The position numbers and the translations under genes are program-made. Shown here in pieces: positions 9,045 through 17,286 of a stretch of 20,559 nucleotides of DNA. This DNA is from Methanobacteriota archaeon (lineage in GTDB: Archaea; JAADCQ01; Methanopyri; Methanopyrales; Methanopyraceae). Each line of letters begins with the position of its first letter. The first letter of the stretch is position 1. The DNA lies in assembly GCA_027064425.1 (NCBI GenBank), contig JAMOPO010000005.1:1-20559 (forward strand), written 5' to 3'. The notes under the pieces were generated by a model, which saw only the letters and a list, made by a program, of their open reading frames with translations, ran no database searches and was not told the DNA's origin.

Positions 9045-10118
9045 ATGGCGGACGGTCGGCTCAAGCCCGTGAAGGAGGTCTCCCCGCCCACCCTGAGGAT
9101 CGTGCGCGAGGGCGCGGAGACGCGGGAGCTCGTCGTGAACATGGAGCGGTGCGCCGCCTGCGGGCTCTGTCAGACCGCCTGTCCGGTGAACGCGATCACC
9201 GTGGAGCCGCCCTCCGCCGTCGTGCGGAGGGGCGAGGACCCGATCGACATCGACGAGGAGGAGTGCGTCCTCTGCGGCATCTGCGCCTTCGTCTGCCCGT
9301 ACGACGCGATCACGCTGCTCATCGACGGTGAGCCCGCCACCGAGCGCGGCTTCCCGAAGCTGCCCAAGGACGTGGAGGTGGACGAGGAGGAGTGCGTGTA
9401 CTGCGGGCTCTGCGCGGACACGTGCCCGCAGGAGGCGATCACCGTCGAGCGGGAGGTGCCCAGCCCCGGCGACCTGGCCATGGGTGAGATCGAGATCGAT
9501 GAGGAGAAGTGCATCTACTGCAAGGCGTGCGAGGAGGCGTGCCCGGCCGACGCGATCACGGTCGAGCGGCCCACGCCCAGCGCCAGCGACCCGGAGCCCG
9601 AGTTCAGCATCGAGGTGGACGAGGACAGGTGCGTGTACTGCGGCGTGTGCATGCGGACGTGCCCGGTGGACGCGATCAAGGTCGGCTGCATGATCTGCTA
9701 CGGCACGACGCGCGGTGAGCTGCCCGAGAAGGGCGAGATCGAGGGCGAGATCGCCGTCAACAGGTCCCGGTGCGTGTACTGCTCCTGGTGTGAGCAGGTC
9801 TGTCCGGTCGAGGCCATCGAGGTCACCAAGCCCTACCAGGGCAGCATCGAGATCGACGACGAGGAGTGCGTCGGGTGCGGGCTCTGCGTCGAGGTCTGCC
9901 CGTGCAACGCGCTCGAGTTCGAGAAGGGAGGGACGGCCGGGAAGACGCGGATCGTCGTCAACACGGACGCGTGCGCCTACTGCGGCGCCTGCGCCCGGGC
10001 GTGCCCGGTGGACGCGATCGAGGTCGTGCGCGAGGACGTGACCGCGATGCCGGAGCTGCCCACCAAGGCCTGGGAGCGCGCCCTGGACCGCGTGCTGTGG
10101 CCCACGGAGAAGGAGTAG
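9045..10118 (+). CDS. fwdF: Polyferredoxin with eight [4Fe-4S] motifs, FwdF-like (formylmethanofuran dehydrogenase subunit F type), 357 aa
   Basis: Eight CxxCxxCxxxCP motifs plus an extra CMIC. Start reassigned to ATG 9045 after a GGGGGA SD. Size and layout fit FwdF. Confidence 0.8.
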   Translation: MADGRLKPVKEVSPPTLRIVREGAETRELVVNMERCAACGLCQTACPVNAITVEPPSAVVRRGEDPIDIDEEECVLCGICAFVCPYDAITLLIDGEPATERGFPKLPKDVEVDEEECVYCGLCADTCPQEAITVEREVPSPGDLAMGEIEIDEEKCIYCKACEEACPADAITVERPTPSASDPEPEFSIEVDEDRCVYCGVCMRTCPVDAIKVGCMICYGTTRGELPEKGEIEGEIAVNRSRCVYCSWCEQVCPVEAIEVTKPYQGSIEIDDEECVGCGLCVEVCPCNALEFEKGGTAGKTRIVVNTDACAYCGACARACPVDAIEVVREDVTAMPELPTKAWERALDRVLWPTEKE

Positions 10119-10139
10119 ACCCCCTCACGCCCCGGGCCA

Positions 10140-10162
10140 ATCGTTACGAACTTTGAAACCAT
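10140..10162. repeat. 23-bp palindromic motif, copy 1
   Basis: ATCGTTACG-aactt-TGAAACCAT; symmetry extends into the flanks (cca...tgg). Confidence 0.7.
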
Positions 10163-10336
10163 TGGCTGGGGAGAAAGGGTCGGGCATTACCGGGCGATCC
10201 TCCCGAGCGCGAAGGTTCCGGAGGTTGTGGTGGGCCGAGGGACTCCTCGCTGCGCGCTCCGGACTGCTGCGGTCCTTACGGAAACCGAGCGCGGATGGCC
10301 TGTGAGGTTTAAGCTGAGGCGTCCGGTGGCGTGGAC

Positions 10337-10505
10337 GGGGCGCTCCCGTCGGGCCGGGGAGTAAGCCGCGGGCGCCTCGGGCCCGTCCCGATGTGGGTCG
10401 GCGGGAACCCCGAACCGAGGGGACCGCCGGCCCGAAGGGCCCCCTGACGCGGGGGCTCGGGCCCGGGGCGGCCGCGGCCGAAACCCGGTCCGACGGGAGC
10501 GCCCC
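10337..10505 (+). promoter_or_regulatory. Highly structured fdhA 5' leader enclosing the SECIS
   Basis: 10337-10358 pairs with 10484-10505 (22 bp, one G-U). 10365-10385 pairs with 10458-10478 (21 positions, one G-U, one G-G). TTTAAG box at 10308-10313. Confidence 0.8.
10395..10433 (+). promoter_or_regulatory. Archaeal SECIS element in the 5' UTR of fdhA
   Basis: GGGTCGGCGG-GAA-CCCC-gaaccga-GGGG-A-CCGCCGGCCC: a 10-bp stem, GAA/A internal loop and GC apical stem, matching the archaeal SECIS consensus. Confidence 0.9.
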
Positions 10506-10536
10506 CGCCGCGCGGGTCGAAGGGGGTGAGAATGCC

Positions 10537-12588
10537 TTGGCGAGGCTGCGGTTCGTGCCGCAGGTGTGCCCGTTCTGCGGGTGCGGATGCGGGGTCCTGG
10601 TTGGAACGGACGGGGAGCGGATCCGGGTGCTGGAGCCCTGGCGGCGGCACCCGGTCAACGAGGGGCGCCAGTGCATCAAGCTCTGGGAGGCTCCGGAGGC
10701 GTTCCGACGGGACCGGCTGGAGCGGCCGGCGCGGGTGACCGAGTCGGGTGAGCTGCGCGAGCTCTCGTGGAACCGGGCGCTTGAGGAGGTGGCGGAGGCC
10801 CTCGGGTCCTTCGAGCCGGAGGAGGTGTACTTCGTCACCTCGGCCAAGGCCACGAACGAGGACAACTACGTCGGGCAGAAGCTGGCCCGCGCGCTCGGGA
10901 CGAACAACGTGGACCACTGCGCGCGGCTGTGACACGCTCCGACCGTGGTCGCGCTGTCCGAGGTCTTCGGGTCGGGGGCGATGACCAACTCGATCCCGGA
11001 CCTCGCCGAGGCGGACTGTTACCTGGTCGCGGGCTCGAACACGGCGGAGCAGCACCCGATCGTGTACCGCAGGATCGTGGAGGGGGTAGAGGACGGCGCC
11101 GACCTGATCGTGCTGGACCCGCGGCGCACGCTGGTGGCGGAGCTGGCGGATCTGCACCTGCGGGTGCGGCCGCGGTCCGACCTGGTCGTGTTCCTGTACA
11201 TGGCCCGGGTGATCCTGGAGGAGGGGCTGCACGACGAGGAGTTCATCGAGGAGCGGACCACCGGGTTCGAGGCGTTCGCGGAGTACGTCCGCGGGGCGGT
11301 CTCGGAGGAGGACGTTCGGAGGATCGCCGGGGTGGACCCGGAGGACGTCCGGGAGGCGGCCGTGCGGTACGCGGAGGCGGACCGGGGCTGCATCATCTAC
11401 TGCATGGGGCTCACGCAGCACGACATCGCCTGCCGGACGCTGCGGGCCCTCTGCGCGCTCGCCCTGCTGACGGGTAACGTGGGCCGGCCCGGCACCGGCG
11501 TCAACCCGCTCCGCGGGCAGAACAACGTGCAGGGAGCCTGCGACGTGGGCGCGCTGGCCACGCACTTCCCCGGGTACCGGCGGGTCGGTCCGGAGGCGGC
11601 GGAGGAGCTGGCCCGGCTCTGGGGGTTCGAGGTGCCCGAGGAGCCCGGGCTGCGGCTCCCGGAGGCGTTCGACTCGGACGAGATCGCGGCGATGTACATC
11701 TTCGGCGAGAACCCGGCGGTCTCGGAGCCGAACTCGCGCCACGCGGTCAGGAAGCTCCGGAACCTGGAGTTCCTCGTCGTGCAGGACCTGTACCTGACGG
11801 AGACGGCGGAGCTGGCGGACCTGGTCCTGCCCGCCGCCGGCTGGGCGGAGCGCACGGGCACCTTCACGGCGACCGACCGGCGCGTCCAGCTCTCGGAGAA
11901 GGTCGTGGACCCGCCGGGCGAGGCCCGGCCCGACTGGTGGATCCTGGAGGCGGTGGCCCGGCGGCTGGGGCTCAAGGGGTTCGGCCACCGGTCGCCGCGC
12001 GAGGTCTTCGAGGAGATCCGGCGCGTCGTCCCGCAGTATCGAGGGATCACGTACGACCGGCTCCGGAGGCGGCCCGGCGGGATCCACTGGCCGTGCCCGG
12101 AGGAGGACCATCCGGGCACGCCGATCCTGCACACCGAGGAGTTCGCCACCGAGGACGGCAGGGCCCGGTTCCCGAGGCCGGAGGACGTGGAGTACCGGGA
12201 GCCGGAGCGGGGCGTGGATGAGGAGTACCCGCTGATCCTCACCACCGGTCGGGTGTACGCGCACTACCACACGAGGACGATCACGGGGCGTTCCCGGCTC
12301 CTGGACAACGAGGTGCCGGAGTCGTTCGTCGAGATCCACCCGAAGGACGCGGAGCGCTACGGAGTGTCGGACGGTGAGGAGGTGATCATCGAGACGCCGT
12401 ACGGCAGGTGGCGGTGCCGCGCGCGGGTCACCGATCGGGTGCGAGAGGGCGTGATCTTCACCCCGTTCCACTTCGGCGAGAACGCCCTGACGCCGCCGGA
12501 CATCATCGATCCGGAGGCGGGGATCCCGGAGTACAAGCACGTCCCCGCCCGCATCAAACCCTCCTCCCGGGGCGGGTCCGGCTCCTAG
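10537..12588 (+). CDS. fdhA: Formate dehydrogenase alpha subunit, selenocysteine-containing (UGA at 10930-10932), 683 aa
   Basis: ORFs 10393..10932 and 10945..12588 are in the same frame and read VDHCARL-TGA-HAPTV, the active-site Sec/His motif. N-terminal CPFCGCGC, PLRGQNNVQGACD, LTTGR..HYHT. TTG start after GGGGGTGA SD. Confidence 0.95.
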
Positions 12589-12591
12589 GGG

Positions 12592-13746
12592 GTGAAACCC
12601 ACCGTGTCGGGGATCGAGGTGAACGGGTGCTACCTGGCCCGGTCGTCGGACCCCGACACCGTGGAGGAGGCCGCGTGCGGCGGGGTCGTGACGGAGCTGC
12701 TGCGGTACGCGCTGCGGGAGGATCTGGTGGACGTGGCCGTCTGCGTGGAGCGGGGTATCGACGCGCTGGACGGGCGGCCCGTCGTCGTGGACGACCCGGC
12801 CGAGGTGCCCTCCGGCTCCTACCACTGCGCCCCGACCCAGCTGGCCCGGCTCGTGGCGGAGCTTCACCGGGAGGACCCCGAGCTGCGGGTCGCGGTCACC
12901 TGCAGGCCCTGCGACGCTCGAGCCCTGGAGCGGCTGGCCGAGCGCGACCTCGTGAGCCTGGATCGGGTGTACCGGATCGGCCTCAACTGCGGCGGCACCT
13001 TCGAGCCGAGGGTCGTGCTGGAGATCCTGGAGGAGCACGACGTGGACCCGCTGGACGTGGAGCGGGAGGAGGTGGCCAAGGGCAACCTGATCATCGAGCT
13101 TCGAGACGGCGAGGAGATCAAGGTCTCGATCGACGATCTGGAGGAGAGGGGGTCCGGACGGCGCGAGAGCTGCCGCCGGTGCGACGAGAACGTCCCGGAG
13201 CGCGCGGACCTGGCGTGCGGTAACTGGGGCGTCCCGGACGAGATGATGGGGAAGTGGACGTTCGTGGAGGTCAAGACCGAGGACGGGCGCGACCTGCTGG
13301 CCGGCGCCGTGGAGGAGGGAGCGGTGGAGGTGCTGGAGGCGCCCGAGAGGTCGGTGCGGATCCGGGAGAAGATCGACGAGATCATGCGGAAGATGGCCCG
13401 CTCCTGGCGGGAGAAGACGCTGGACGAGGATCACCTGGCGGAGGCGCTGGAGGCGCTGAACCGCTGCATCAAGTGCCGGAGCTGCCGGCAGGTGTGCCCG
13501 GTCTGCGAGGCGTGCGAGGAGGAGGGGTGCTGGGCCTTCGCCGGCCGGGAGTCGGTGACGCCCACCCCCGCCTGGCACGCGCACGTCGCCCAGTGCGTCG
13601 CCCTGTACTGCGTCGAGTGCGGGGCCTGCGAGACCGCGTGCCCCGCGGAGATCCCGCTGACCAGGATCTACAGCGTCCTGCGTGAGCGGCTCCCGGACCT
13701 GCTGGACCGCATCATGGAGGGGCGGCGAGCCTCCGCCGGGGAGTGA
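12592..13746 (+). CDS. fdhB: F420-dependent formate dehydrogenase beta subunit (FrhB/FdhB family)
   Basis: CGGVVTELL, SGSYHCAP, VTCRPCD, IGLNCGGT, RRESCRRC, ADLACGNWG and two C-terminal ferredoxin motifs; starts 3 nt after fdhA. Confidence 0.93.
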   Translation: MKPTVSGIEVNGCYLARSSDPDTVEEAACGGVVTELLRYALREDLVDVAVCVERGIDALDGRPVVVDDPAEVPSGSYHCAPTQLARLVAELHREDPELRVAVTCRPCDARALERLAERDLVSLDRVYRIGLNCGGTFEPRVVLEILEEHDVDPLDVEREEVAKGNLIIELRDGEEIKVSIDDLEERGSGRRESCRRCDENVPERADLACGNWGVPDEMMGKWTFVEVKTEDGRDLLAGAVEEGAVEVLEAPERSVRIREKIDEIMRKMARSWREKTLDEDHLAEALEALNRCIKCRSCRQVCPVCEACEEEGCWAFAGRESVTPTPAWHAHVAQCVALYCVECGACETACPAEIPLTRIYSVLRERLPDLLDRIMEGRRASAGE

Positions 13747-13807
13747 GCGCCGGCGCCGCCCGACCCTCCTTACCTTCCCGCCTTACCCCCCGCGCGTCGT
13801 CGGGGCA

Positions 13808-13830
13808 ATCGTTATGACCTGCGTAACGGT
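13808..13830. repeat. 23-bp palindromic motif, copy 2
   Basis: ATCGTTATG-acctg-CGTAACGGT. Confidence 0.75.
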
Positions 13831-13837
13831 AGGGGAC

Positions 13838-13897
13838 GTGGATGATGACAGCGGTGGGCACGGAGCGGGTGAAGAGCCCCAGCCCCATGCTGACCGC
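13838..13897 (+). ncRNA. C/D-box methylation guide sRNA
   Basis: C box ATGATGA 13842-13848, 12-nt guide, D' CGGA 13861-13864, C' GTGAAGA 13869-13875, 14-nt guide, D box CTGA 13890-13893, terminal stem GTGG/CCGC; intergenic. Confidence 0.85.
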
Positions 13898-14619
13898 TAC
13901 CGCTCGCCCGGGCGCACCCCGGTGCGCTCCTCCACCACCCGCTCGACCAGCTCCTCCCGCCTGAGCCGGGAGTAGAGGCCCTGCCAGCCGCCGTCCTCAC
14001 CCTCCCACCACTCTTCGAACCCGTCCAGCCGCTCCGACAGCCACGCGCAGAGGCACAGGCCCAGCAGCCGCGCCGACCGCTCGTCCCACGCCCGGCGGAA
14101 CCCCTCCGACAGCCGCTCAGCCGCCTCCCCGAGCTCGTCCAGCAGCACGTCGGCCGCGTCCTCCAGCACCGCCAGCGCGACCAGGCCCCGGACCGGGTGC
14201 ACGTCCAGCCGCCGGTACACCTCCCTCAGCGCGGCCGCCGGCCCCTCCCCGTCGACGCCCCAGCACGCCAGCGTCGCCTCCGGCGAGAGCACCGGCAGGC
14301 CGTACAGACCCCGGCCCTCCACCAGCGCGCGCAGCCGTTCCACGAGCGACGACTCGACCCCGCTCAGCCCCAGGACCCCGCGGAGCACCTCCCAGGGCGA
14401 GCCGTCAGCCTCCATCTGCAGCGCCGAGCGGCGGAAGATCGAGGCCACCCGCGCGACCGCCTTCGCCACCGGCCAGACCTCGTCCACCCGCCGGATCAGC
14501 GTCCGCTCCTCGGCCCGGCGGTCGTCCAGCACGTCCCGGGCCGCGTCGATCACCGCCTCGGCCCACTCCTCGTCCACGCCGAAAACCGACACGGCTCCCT
14601 CGACCTCCAGCTCGATCAC
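13897..14619 (-). CDS. Hypothetical helical protein (240 aa) translationally coupled to the ParA-family ATPase
   Basis: Start reassigned to GTG 14619, a GTGA overlap with the upstream stop. Host-like Glu/Arg/Leu/Ala-rich composition. No recognised family. Confidence 0.75.
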   Translation of the reverse strand: MIELEVEGAVSVFGVDEEWAEAVIDAARDVLDDRRAEERTLIRRVDEVWPVAKAVARVASIFRRSALQMEADGSPWEVLRGVLGLSGVESSLVERLRALVEGRGLYGLPVLSPEATLACWGVDGEGPAAALREVYRRLDVHPVRGLVALAVLEDAADVLLDELGEAAERLSEGFRRAWDERSARLLGLCLCAWLSERLDGFEEWWEGEDGGWQGLYSRLRREELVERVVEERTGVRPGER

Positions 14620-15518
14620 CCCTCGAGAACCCCCGTGACGTGGTCGCGCCGCTGCCAGTACTGCGCGATCAGGAAGGCCACCTCCCGGAACAGCCGCTCG
14701 TACTCCCGAGGCCGCGACCGCCGCATGCGGAGCGGGATGCCGAGGTCCGTCGCCGACTTGATGACCTGAGCGTCCGGGATGTGCACCCGGTCCACGGCAC
14801 CGACCACCTTGCTCAGCTCGCGCCGGACCCGCTCCAGGTTCGCCTCCCACTCCACCGTGCCGGGCTTGTAGTCCTTGTTCAGCACGAGCACGCGAACGTC
14901 GGGCCCGTGCTCCGACTCCAGGAACCGGGTGATCTGCTCGGGCGAGGACGGGTCCATCACGGGCACGATCGTGTCGCACGCCCGCAGCACCCGCTTGACC
15001 CACCGCTGCTCGGAGTTCATCGGCGGGGTGTCCACGAAGGCGATCGGGGGCCGCGCGCCCCCATCCTCCCCGCGCACCAGGTCGTGCACCCCGGCCACCA
15101 GCCGTCGAACGCGCTTCCGGCTCGCCACCCGCCTGTAGTCGCCGCTGGCGGGCACCGCGAGGAACGCCGCGCCCAGGCCCGCGGCCCGATCGTCGAGCAG
15201 CTCCTCCAGACCGTCCGGCTCGAACTCGAGGCGGTACACCTCGAAGCCCTCGATCTCGCCGACCCGCTCCGGCCTGAAGGGACCGCGACCGGCGAGCAGC
15301 TGCTTCAGGGTGAGCCCGCTCGACTCGCGGTTGCCCTGCGGGTCAAAGTCTATGAAGATCGTCGGGCACGCCGGAACGCCGCCGTAGCCCCGGGGCCGCG
15401 CGAACTCCATCCCGACGTTGAACGCCACGGTGGTCTTGCCCGTGCCACCCTTGTAGGCCGCCACGCCCACGACCAGCGGGGCGCGCGGCTCCAACCCTCC
15501 CGCCCCCGCCTCCGGCAT
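14616..15518 (-). CDS. ParA/MinD/Soj-family ATPase
   Basis: Deviant Walker A KGGTGKTT, IDFDPQGN, FVDTPP, LVLNK. Start probably ATG 15518 or TTG 15494; the longer track start would run through the palindromic site. Confidence 0.88.
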   Translation of the reverse strand: MPEAGAGGLEPRAPLVVGVAAYKGGTGKTTVAFNVGMEFARPRGYGGVPACPTIFIDFDPQGNRESSGLTLKQLLAGRGPFRPERVGEIEGFEVYRLEFEPDGLEELLDDRAAGLGAAFLAVPASGDYRRVASRKRVRRLVAGVHDLVRGEDGGARPPIAFVDTPPMNSEQRWVKRVLRACDTIVPVMDPSSPEQITRFLESEHGPDVRVLVLNKDYKPGTVEWEANLERVRRELSKVVGAVDRVHIPDAQVIKSATDLGIPLRMRRSRPREYERLFREVAFLIAQYWQRRDHVTGVLEG

Positions 15519-15594
15519 TGGGAGAACTGGGCGGCCCGTTATCGTTACAGCAAGCACGATCCCGGGAACCCGTCGAGGCGGCGTTGACGCGGCC

Positions 15595-15617
15595 ATTGTT
15601 TCGATCATCGAAACAAT
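15595..15617. repeat. 23-bp palindromic motif, copy 3 (perfect arms)
   Basis: ATTGTTTCG-atcat-CGAAACAAT. Confidence 0.8.
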
Positions 15618-15679
15618 TGGGGCGACGCCGCGCCCGCCCACGGTCCGCGCGAGTCGATCGCGCGCCGATCCCGGGCAGG

Positions 15680-15702
15680 ATTGTTACGGAGTCCGTAACG
15701 GT
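15680..15702. repeat. 23-bp palindromic motif, copy 4
   Basis: ATTGTTACG-gagtc-CGTAACGGT, 6 nt beyond the tRNA CCA end. Confidence 0.8.
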
Positions 15703-15708
15703 CCGCGC

Positions 15709-15822
15709 TGGTGGGCCCGCCGGGATTTGAACCCGGGACCACCGGCTCACCGCGGCGGGGCGGGGCTCAATCCCCGCCCCGCCTCGTCAGGCCGGCGTTC
15801 TACCGGGCTGAACTGCGGGCCC
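15709..15822 (-). tRNA. tRNA-Val(GAC) with a 37-nt intron at 37/38 (15748-15784), genomic C8 and encoded CCA
   Basis: GGGCCCG-C-AGTTCAGCCCGGTAGAACG-CCGGC-CT-GAC-G-[intron]-A-GCCGG-TGGTC-CCGGGTTCAAATCCCGG-CGGGCCC-A-CCA; all stems pair; mature length 77 nt. Confidence 0.92.
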
Positions 15823-15873
15823 GCCCCCGTGCGGGGCCCGACCCGAGGGAGACCTAAAAACGTTACGGTCCCG

Positions 15874-17286
15874 CTAGGCGCCGGTGAGCCTACGGAGCGC
15901 CTTCCGAACACGTTGCGACTTCCTCTTAGAATACGCGAAGCCAACTGACTGAAGGAACCGCTCCACTTGGCACCTGTCGTGAATTCGTAATGACAGCTTG
16001 ATCCTGGCCCCACCACGCTCAGTATCATACGGGTCACGCCAGTACCTACACACCTTATCCTCGCTCACTCCCAGCTCTGAGAGTAACCCAACGACATCGT
16101 CCATGAACCCCTCTAGCGATTTCGACAGTTTCAGAGATTTGGCTAAGGTGAGCCCGACCGTGTACCTGCCACCCGATTCCGCGAGCCACCCGTCGGCGCC
16201 GAAGAGGCCGGCGAGGAACTCGGCCTTGATGCCGGTGGGTGCGCGGCGGATCCAGCCGGGGACCCGGTAGGCGCGCTCGACCTTGGGGCTGCGGGGCATC
16301 CCGAGGTGCTCGAGGTAGCGGGCGAAGGACTGGGCGTGGACGTGGACCTCGACCATGTCCTTGGTGTCCCAGCGTCGGAGGCCCGTCCTGACGCCGAGGT
16401 CGTGGAGGTCGTGGGCGAGGTCTCGGAGGCCCTCGGGCTCGCCGGCGAAGGTGAGCCGGGGGCGTCCATTGACCTCGTGGAGGCTGCCGTCGCCGAGGGC
16501 GTAGCCGAGGATGCGGGCGAGGAGCGGCGCCTTGTGGTCGTCGAGGTCGAGTGGGAGGAGGCCTCGGCGGCGGAGGTACGCCTCCTGTTGGTCGGGCAGG
16601 TCGGGGTCGTGCAGGACGGGGTCGGGTGGGGCCTGAACGGGTCGGGTGCGGGCTCGGAGGCGTTCGATGCGGCGCTCGAGTCGGGTCTTGAGCCGGTGGG
16701 CCTCGCGGCGCTTGCCCTCGTGGTACGGGAAGCCGACGCGGGTGAGGAGTCGGTGGACGTGGGTGTCGCCGTCGATGTGGAGGTGGGCGCGGAGGTGTTC
16801 GCGGCCGGAGGGTCGGGTGGGGGTGGCGTGTACGCGGAGGTCGTGGAGGAGTGTGCGGACGTCTCGGAGGAAGGCGGTGAGTCGGTCGCGGTGGCGGGCC
16901 GGGGTGGTCATGGTGAGGGTGACGCGCGGGGTGGTGGGGTCGTCGTCGGTGATGGTGGCGCGGGCGTCGTGGAGGCCGGCGAGGTAGGCGGCCTTGAGGG
17001 AGGGTGGAGCGTGGTGGACGGCGTCGGGAACCTTGGGGCCGGTCTCGCGTCGGGGGCCGGTCGGGGCGCCGAGTCGGAGGAGCTCGCGGGCGGGTCGGTG
17101 GAGGGTGAGCTCGGTGGTGCTCGGTGGGTGGAGGTCGAGGCGGTGAAGGTCCTGCTGGAGTCTCGGGAGGGCCTGTGGGTCGACGGTGAGTCGGGCGCGG
17201 TGGGTCCGGTCGCGGGGGCACTGGGTGATGGAGCCTCGGGCGGTGAGGTAGCCGAGGAGCCGGTACAGTGCCGGGCGTTGGCTCAG
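15874..17286 (-). CDS. Free-standing tandem LAGLIDADG (intein DOD-type) endonuclease-like protein, about 470 aa; start uncertain
   Basis: The frame stays open upstream of track ATG 16911 up to a TAA at 17320-17322. N-terminal unit: LLGYLTARGS / YLAGLHDARA / VGFPYHEGK. C-terminal unit: ILGYALGDGS / FLAGLFGADG / VGFAYSKRK. No HINT splicing motifs seen. CTG 17286 is the proposed start. Confidence 0.78.
   Translation of the reverse strand: MSQRPALYRLLGYLTARGSITQCPRDRTHRARLTVDPQALPRLQQDLHRLDLHPPSTTELTLHRPARELLRLGAPTGPRRETGPKVPDAVHHAPPSLKAAYLAGLHDARATITDDDPTTPRVTLTMTTPARHRDRLTAFLRDVRTLLHDLRVHATPTRPSGREHLRAHLHIDGDTHVHRLLTRVGFPYHEGKRREAHRLKTRLERRIERLRARTRPVQAPPDPVLHDPDLPDQQEAYLRRRGLLPLDLDDHKAPLLARILGYALGDGSLHEVNGRPRLTFAGEPEGLRDLAHDLHDLGVRTGLRRWDTKDMVEVHVHAQSFARYLEHLGMPRSPKVERAYRVPGWIRRAPTGIKAEFLAGLFGADGWLAESGGRYTVGLTLAKSLKLSKSLEGFMDDVVGLLSELGVSEDKVCRYWRDPYDTERGGARIKLSLRIHDRCQVERFLQSVGFAYSKRKSQRVRKALRRLTGA

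Noticed and set aside
10228-10236. TGGTGGGCC matching the tRNA-Val 3' end as a possible att duplication
   Set aside because: Only 9 nt in GC-rich DNA, no integrase in the window, and the enclosed genes include core fdhAB
10393-10536. N-terminal extension of FdhA from 10393
   Set aside because: The region is the SECIS-bearing structured UTR; the SD and family alignment place the start at 10537
10309-13584. 1091-aa minus-strand ORF
   Set aside because: Antisense shadow of fdhAB with no recognisable motifs
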